Positions 27,343-32,000 of a stretch of DNA of 32,000 nt are shown one piece after another. A program made the position numbers and the translations under genes. The notes under the pieces are model-generated. The model saw nothing but the letters and a program-made list of their open reading frames with translations, did not search any database and was not told where the DNA came from. Positions within the stretch are counted from its first letter, which is position 1; every line of letters begins with the position of its first letter. The DNA is taken from assembly GCF_000406145.1 (NCBI RefSeq), contig NZ_CM001976.1, forward strand, positions 1,390,729 through 1,422,728, given 5' to 3'. Origin of the DNA: Dickeya dadantii NCPPB 898. Its GTDB lineage: Bacteria > Pseudomonadota > Gammaproteobacteria > Enterobacterales > Enterobacteriaceae.

Positions 27343-28107
27343 CTACAGCAGGCGGTAATGCATCGCCCGCACCACCGCCTGCACGCGATTGCTGGCGCCG
27401 AGCTTACGGGCGGCGTTGTTGAGATGCAGGTTGACGGTCGCCAGCGAGCGATGTAGTTTCCGGGCGATCTCCTTGGCGGTCAGCCCTTCCGCCGACCAGG
27501 CCAGACACTCCTGCTCGCGCGGGCTGAGATGCACATGGCGGCAGTGATACCAGGCTTCGTCGAACAACGGGAACACGTGCTCCTGGAAGGTGTGCGCCAG
27601 TAGCCCAATACGCGCCAGCACCGTCTCAATCTCGTTGTCGGTATCAAGCCCGGTGTGGATGGCGGTGACGGTGACGAAGCCGCCTTTGGGCAGGTGCAGC
27701 GGCACCGTGACGCCGCACCGCATATTATGATTCTGCATATAGTGAGATACCGGGCGGTGCTGTTCGTTCAGCACCCGGCGCAGCGAGGTGTTCTCCGGCC
27801 GACAGTAGGACCAGGTGAACGGCGCGCAGCTGTCGAGGGCGTGGATCTGTACCGGGTCGACCTGGTAGTAACCGCTCTGACACCATAGCGATACCATGTC
27901 ATCCGGCACATTGCGGGTGCGCAGCAGCGAAGGGGTGATCAACTCGCCTTCCAGCGAGCGCGGGACCGGCGTGTAGTCGTAAATCAGCGCGTCAAATCCC
28001 AGTCGCCGCACCTCGTCGTACAACTGTTCGAACGCGGGTTCAAACGCCGCCGCGCCGCGATGGTCGCTGTCATGGGCGGCAAGCCGGGCGGCGGGTTCTC
28101 CGCGCAT
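27343..28107 (-). CDS. LuxR-family regulator, solo/orphan type with a PAB (plant-signal) variant autoinducer-binding domain
   Basis: C-terminal GerE/LuxR HTH: LSPREQECLAWSAEGLTAKEIARKLHRSLATVNLHLNNAARKLGASNRVQAV. N-domain motif: NVPDDMVSLWCQSGYYQVDPV. ATG 28107 has SD agga and gives 254 aa. The ORF stays open upstream to a GTG at 28341 (332 aa) through a repeat array. Confidence 0.85.
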   Translation of the reverse strand: MRGEPAARLAAHDSDHRGAAAFEPAFEQLYDEVRRLGFDALIYDYTPVPRSLEGELITPSLLRTRNVPDDMVSLWCQSGYYQVDPVQIHALDSCAPFTWSYCRPENTSLRRVLNEQHRPVSHYMQNHNMRCGVTVPLHLPKGGFVTVTAIHTGLDTDNEIETVLARIGLLAHTFQEHVFPLFDEAWYHCRHVHLSPREQECLAWSAEGLTAKEIARKLHRSLATVNLHLNNAARKLGASNRVQAVVRAMHYRLL

Positions 28108-28316
28108 GGCCGCGTTCCTGCTTGCAGAGGTTTTTCCGCTCACGGCTATTCTCCCACCTACGGCTATTTTTTCGCGCATGGCTGTATTTTCGCGCATGGC
28201 TGCATTGCCATGGCTGCATTCCCGCTCATGGCTGCATTCCCGCTCATGGCTGCATTCCCGCTCATGGCTGTATTCCCGCTCACGGCTGTTTTCTCGCTCA
28301 CGGCTGTCCTCCCGGT
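28105..28316. repeat. Degenerate-to-perfect 18-bp tandem array, about 12 units
   Basis: Units start c[ag][tc]ggc... There are three perfect catggctgcattcccgct copies at 28209-28262 and one 14-bp unit at 28195-28208. Unit 1 contains the LuxR ATG (28107). Confidence 0.9.
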
Positions 28317-28608
28317 CACGGTGCTGATAACGACAAACCACGACGTTTATTGCCTGAATTAATGCAATTTGGGTGCCAGTTGGCCGCGTGCAAAAACTAG
28401 CATTTTTACTAACTACCCAGCGCGGTGAGTGACCGCTAGCGTAAATGTCAGCGCCGGATTAAGGCGGTGTTAATTGAGGTTTTTATGCGCCAGTGTCACG
28501 ACTATCGCGCTGTTGTTTCCCGTCGGCGTTATCGCGCTGCCCCGGTTTCGGTAACGCCGGCGCCGGGCAGACTGCACTGTTTATGTGCAGCGCCGTGGAG
28601 GAAATAAC

Positions 28609-29547
28609 ATGCACCGTTACCGTTTTTTATTGCTGCGTCCATTGCAGATGCTGCCGGTGCTGTTCGGCATCAGTCTGATCACTTTTCTACTGGTGCGGGC
28701 CATTCCCGGCGATCCGGCGCGTCTTCTGCTGGGCATTCGCAGCACGCCGGACGCCATCGCCCGCATTCGCGCCCAGTACGGCCTGGATGAGCCTGTCTGG
28801 CTGCAATATTTCTACTTTCTGCGCAATCTGCTGCGCGGCGAAATGGGGCGCTCTATCGTCTACAAGATCGACACCCTGCCGCTGGTGGCGTCCCGGTTGG
28901 AGCCGACGCTGCTGCTGGTACTGGGCAGTGTGCTGATGGCCCTGCTGCTGGCCGTGGTACTGGCGACGCTGGCAGTCCGTCATCACGGCGGGCTGACGGA
29001 TCAAATTATTCGGCTGGTGTCCACCGTCGGGCTGGGGTTTCCCGCGTTCTGGCTGGGGATCATGCTGATTCTGCTGTTCAGCCTGCGGCTGGGCTGGTTT
29101 CCGGTGTCGGGGTATGGCAGCAACTGGGTCGAGCGGCTGCACCACCTGTTCCTGCCGTGCCTGACGGTAGCGCTGGCGCTATCGGCGGTGCTGACCCGCA
29201 ACTTGCGCGTCAGCCTGCTGGCGGAGCTAAAAAGCGATTACGTGGTGGCGGCTCGCGCGCGCGGTCAGCCGGAACGGCGGATTTTCTGGCGACACGTGGT
29301 GCCGAATTCGCTGGTGCCGACGCTCAACCTGCTGGCGGTGAATATCGGCTGGCTGATTGGCGGCACGGTGGTGATCGAAAGCGTGTTTGCATTGCCCGGT
29401 ATGGGGCAACTGTTGGTTCGGGCGATTTTCAGCCGTGATTACATGGTGGTGCAGGGGGTCGTGATGCTGTTTGCCATTGCCACCGTGGCGGTCAATCTGC
29501 TGGCCGACCTGCTGACGGTGGCGCTTGACCCGAGGATTCGCTTATGA
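28609..29547 (+). CDS. ABC transporter permease, DppB/OppB family
   Basis: MHRYRFLLLRPLQMLPVLFGISLITFLLVRAIPGDP is the canonical DppB-type N-terminus. SD ggagga upstream. Confidence 0.88.
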   Translation: MHRYRFLLLRPLQMLPVLFGISLITFLLVRAIPGDPARLLLGIRSTPDAIARIRAQYGLDEPVWLQYFYFLRNLLRGEMGRSIVYKIDTLPLVASRLEPTLLLVLGSVLMALLLAVVLATLAVRHHGGLTDQIIRLVSTVGLGFPAFWLGIMLILLFSLRLGWFPVSGYGSNWVERLHHLFLPCLTVALALSAVLTRNLRVSLLAELKSDYVVAARARGQPERRIFWRHVVPNSLVPTLNLLAVNIGWLIGGTVVIESVFALPGMGQLLVRAIFSRDYMVVQGVVMLFAIATVAVNLLADLLTVALDPRIRL

Positions 29548-30398
29548 GCCGGGCTGTGTTCGCCGTCTTCACGCGTCTCACCCCGGCGCGCTGGCGCCCT
29601 CGCCAGCCTGCGCTGTTGGCAGGCATCGCGATTCTGCTGTGCTGGGGGCTGACGGCGCTGCTGGCGCCGTGGGTCGCGCCGTTCGACCCGATAGCGCAAG
29701 ACCCGTCGGTCAGCCTGCAACCGCCGGGCGGCGCCCATCTGTTCGGCACGGATAACTACGGCCGCGACATCCTCTCCCGCGTGATATGGGCCAGCCGCAT
29801 CGACCTGCAAATCAGCCTGTTGGGGGTGGTGTTCCCCTTTTGCATCGGCACGCTGTTGGGGGCGCTGTCGGGTTACCTCGGCGGCCTGACCGACACCCTG
29901 GTGATGCGGGTGATCGACGTGGTGCTGGCGTTCCCGTTTCTGGTGTTGATGCTGGCCATCATCGCGGTGCTGGGGCCGGGGCTGCTCAGTTTCTATATCG
30001 CGATGACGATGGTGGGTTGGGTGTCCTACGCCCGGCTGGTGCGCGCGCAGGTGCTGACGCTCAGGCAACGCGACTACATTCTGGCGGCCCGTAGCCTGGG
30101 CTACAGCCACTGGCGGGTGCTGTTCGTCCACCTGTTGCCGAATGCGCTGACCAGTTCGCTGGTGTTTGCGATGTCCGACTGCGTGCTGGTGCTGCTCAGC
30201 GGTGCAGCCATCAGTTATCTCGGGCTGGGGGTACAGCCGCCGCTGGCGGAGTGGGGCGTGATGGTGGCGGAAGGGCAGAGTTTTATTACCACGGCATGGT
30301 GGATGACCACCTTTCCCGGACTGGCGATCGTACTGCTGGCGATGGGCTTTAGCCTGCTGGCGGATGGGCTGGGCGAACGACTGGGAGCGCGACCATGA
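29544..30398 (+). CDS. ABC transporter permease, DppC/OppC family
   Basis: ATGA overlap with the upstream permease. HLFGTDNYGRDILSRV motif typical of DppC/OppC. Confidence 0.88.
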   Translation: MSRAVFAVFTRLTPARWRPRQPALLAGIAILLCWGLTALLAPWVAPFDPIAQDPSVSLQPPGGAHLFGTDNYGRDILSRVIWASRIDLQISLLGVVFPFCIGTLLGALSGYLGGLTDTLVMRVIDVVLAFPFLVLMLAIIAVLGPGLLSFYIAMTMVGWVSYARLVRAQVLTLRQRDYILAARSLGYSHWRVLFVHLLPNALTSSLVFAMSDCVLVLLSGAAISYLGLGVQPPLAEWGVMVAEGQSFITTAWWMTTFPGLAIVLLAMGFSLLADGLGERLGARP

Positions 30399-31396
30399 CA
30401 CGACTGAATGTAAACGGACTGCTGAAGGTAAACGACTTGACGCTGGAGAACCGCCAGGGTGTCCGGCTGGTGGATGGGGTTTCCTTTTCTTTGCAGAAAG
30501 GCGAAATGCTGGGGCTGGTGGGGGAATCCGGCTCCGGCAAGACCCTGACCTGTCGGGCGCTGATGCGGTTGTTGCCGGGGGCAGGGCTGCGCATCGTCGC
30601 TGGCGAGGTGTGGCTCAACGGCCAGGATGTGATGCAATTGAACGACGCGCAGATGACCAACGTACGTGGACGGCAATTGGGGATGATTTTTCAGAACCCC
30701 GCCAGTCACCTCAATCCGGTGATGACCATTGGCGAGCAGATCGCCGAAAGCCGCCGCCTGCATTTCGGCCGTAGCCATCGCGCGGCACGTGATGAAGCGG
30801 TTGCGCTGTTGCAGCAGGTCGGCATCCCCGACCCGGCACGACGGGCCGGCAATTACCCGCACGAGTTTTCCGGCGGTATGCGCCAGCGGGCGATGATCGC
30901 CGTGGCGCTGGCGTGCGAGCCGCAGATTCTGATCGCCGACGAACCGACCACCGCGCTGGACGTTACGGTGCAGATGCAAATCCTGCGGCTGCTGGCGCAG
31001 CTGCGTGAGCAACTGGGCATCGCCATCATCATGATCACCCACGACTTGGGGGTAGTGGCGCAGACCTGCGACCGCATGGCGGTCATGTACGGCGGCCGCC
31101 TGTGCGAACTGGGTGATAAACGGGCGCTGTTGTCTTCGCCGCGCCATCCTTATACCCGCGCGCTGATTGCGTGCCAGCCGATGCAGGCCGGCGGCAGCGG
31201 ACCGTTGCGCACGTTGCCCGGCCAGCCGCCGCTGCCGGAGCAGTTCGGCGACGGGTGCCGGTTTGAGCCGCGCTGTGCGCGGGCGGGAGACAGCTGCCAG
31301 CGTCAGGCGCCGCCGCTAACCGGGTCGCCTGACGATGCGGCGCGACAACTGGCGTGCCATTACCCGCTGACTGAGCACGAAGGAGACGCCGGATGA
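30395..31396 (+). CDS. ABC transporter ATP-binding protein, DppD/OppD family
   Basis: Walker A GESGSGKT, signature FSGGMRQR, Walker [14 protein letters not shown]-terminal HPYTRALI oligopeptide-type extension. ATGA overlap. Confidence 0.9.
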   Translation: MTRLNVNGLLKVNDLTLENRQGVRLVDGVSFSLQKGEMLGLVGESGSGKTLTCRALMRLLPGAGLRIVAGEVWLNGQDVMQLNDAQMTNVRGRQLGMIFQNPASHLNPVMTIGEQIAESRRLHFGRSHRAARDEAVALLQQVGIPDPARRAGNYPHEFSGGMRQRAMIAVALACEPQILIADEPTTALDVTVQMQILRLLAQLREQLGIAIIMITHDLGVVAQTCDRMAVMYGGRLCELGDKRALLSSPRHPYTRALIACQPMQAGGSGPLRTLPGQPPLPEQFGDGCRFEPRCARAGDSCQRQAPPLTGSPDDAARQLACHYPLTEHEGDAG

Positions 31397-32000
31397 ACGG
31401 GATAAGATACCCGCTGTTGGAAGCGGAAGAGGTTGATGTCACGTTCCCGGTATCGGGTCGCTTTCCCTGGCAGAAACGCGAAGTGCGGGCGGTCAACGGT
31501 GTCAGTTTGCAGATTGCGCCCGGCGAAACCCTCGGGCTGGTGGGCGAGTCCGGCAGCGGTAAAAGCACGCTGGGCCGCGCCTTGCTGCAACTGGAGACGT
31601 TAAAACACGGCCGGGTACGTTTCAACGGCATCCCGGTCAGCGACGGCTTGCATAGCGACGTAGCCCGGCTGCGGCAGGAAACGGCGATGATTTTTCAGGA
31701 CCCGTTCTCCTCCCTCAATCCGCGCCAGACGCTGTTCCAGAGTATCGCCGAGGTGCTAAAAGTCCATAAACGGCTATCGCCCGCGGCCACCGTCGAGCGC
31801 GTCAACCAATTGCTGGCGATGGTGGGGCTGCGGCCGGAGCACGGCCGGCGCTACCCGCATGACCTGAGCGGCGGGCAGTGCCAACGCGCCGGGATTGCCC
31901 GCGCGCTGGCGCTGGAACCGCAACTGGTGGTGGCGGACGAGTGCGTGTCGGCGCTGGATGTGTCGATTCAGGGGCAGATTATCAACCTGCTGATGTCGCT
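31393..32000 (+). CDS. ABC transporter ATP-binding protein, DppF/OppF family (3' end outside window)
   Basis: Not in the ORF track because no stop lies in the window. ATGA overlap at 31393. My translation is [18 protein letters not shown]...GESGSGKST...LSGGQCQRAGIARAL...VVADECVSALD. Confidence 0.85.
   Translation, partial: MNGIRYPLLEAEEVDVTFPVSGRFPWQKREVRAVNGVSLQIAPGETLGLVGESGSGKSTLGRALLQLETLKHGRVRFNGIPVSDGLHSDVARLRQETAMIFQDPFSSLNPRQTLFQSIAEVLKVHKRLSPAATVERVNQLLAMVGLRPEHGRRYPHDLSGGQCQRAGIARALALEPQLVVADECVSALDVSIQGQIINLLMS

Noticed and set aside
28060-28400. Three overlapping plus-strand ORFs (28060-28362, 28106-28327, 28122-28400) across the LuxR-proximal 18-bp array.
   Set aside because: All frames are open only because the repeat unit lacks stop codons. 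The peptides are repeat-derived, with no SD or homology. The array is treated as noncoding or as a LuxR N-terminal extension instead.
28385-28410. Possible lux-box-like element gcaaaaactagcatttttac in the LuxR/ABC intergenic region, with a related ...agctagcaaaaa... motif at 26594-26606 upstream of pip.
   Set aside because: The dyad symmetry is weak, the similarity between the two sites is limited to a tgctag core, and there is no resemblance to the canonical lux box.

Overview
This window looks like chromosomal sequence from a high-GC (about 55-60% by eye) plant-associated member of the Enterobacterales; the taxon is inferred, not proven. The gene content is mostly ordinary and readable. It runs uge-like fragment, ugd, galF, one CgeB-like glycosyltransferase and gnd. 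Next come the yjbEFGH exopolysaccharide operon, a small lipoprotein missing from the ORF track, and an AdrA/DgcC-type diguanylate cyclase. A GntR regulator sits divergent from a hypothetical gene plus an SDR oxidoreductase, followed by virK/ybjX (DUF535) and a DUF1471 stress protein. A Fur-boxed hmuSTUV hemin operon is followed by a TonB-dependent receptor, then a signal-peptide lactonase, dps and proline iminopeptidase (pip). The window ends with an orphan 111-aa ORF, a LuxR solo and a Dpp/Opp-type ABC importer (2 permeases, 2 ATPases, the last truncated). I saw no tRNA or rRNA genes, CRISPR arrays, IS elements, integrases, phage genes or recognisable defence systems, and I cannot honestly point to a clear novel multi-gene system. 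Three things stand out: (1) the LuxR solo carries the W57M/Y61W signature of plant-signal-responsive (PAB) solos and is linked to pip; (2) short tandem repeats (13, 17 and 18 bp units) are unusually dense, including 11 x 13 bp in front of dps, about 12 x 18 bp at the 5' end of the LuxR gene, and in-frame 18-bp repeats in hmuT and the receptor; (3) there are five ERIC/IRU elements, one swollen to 311 bp by three nested hairpin-rich insertions.
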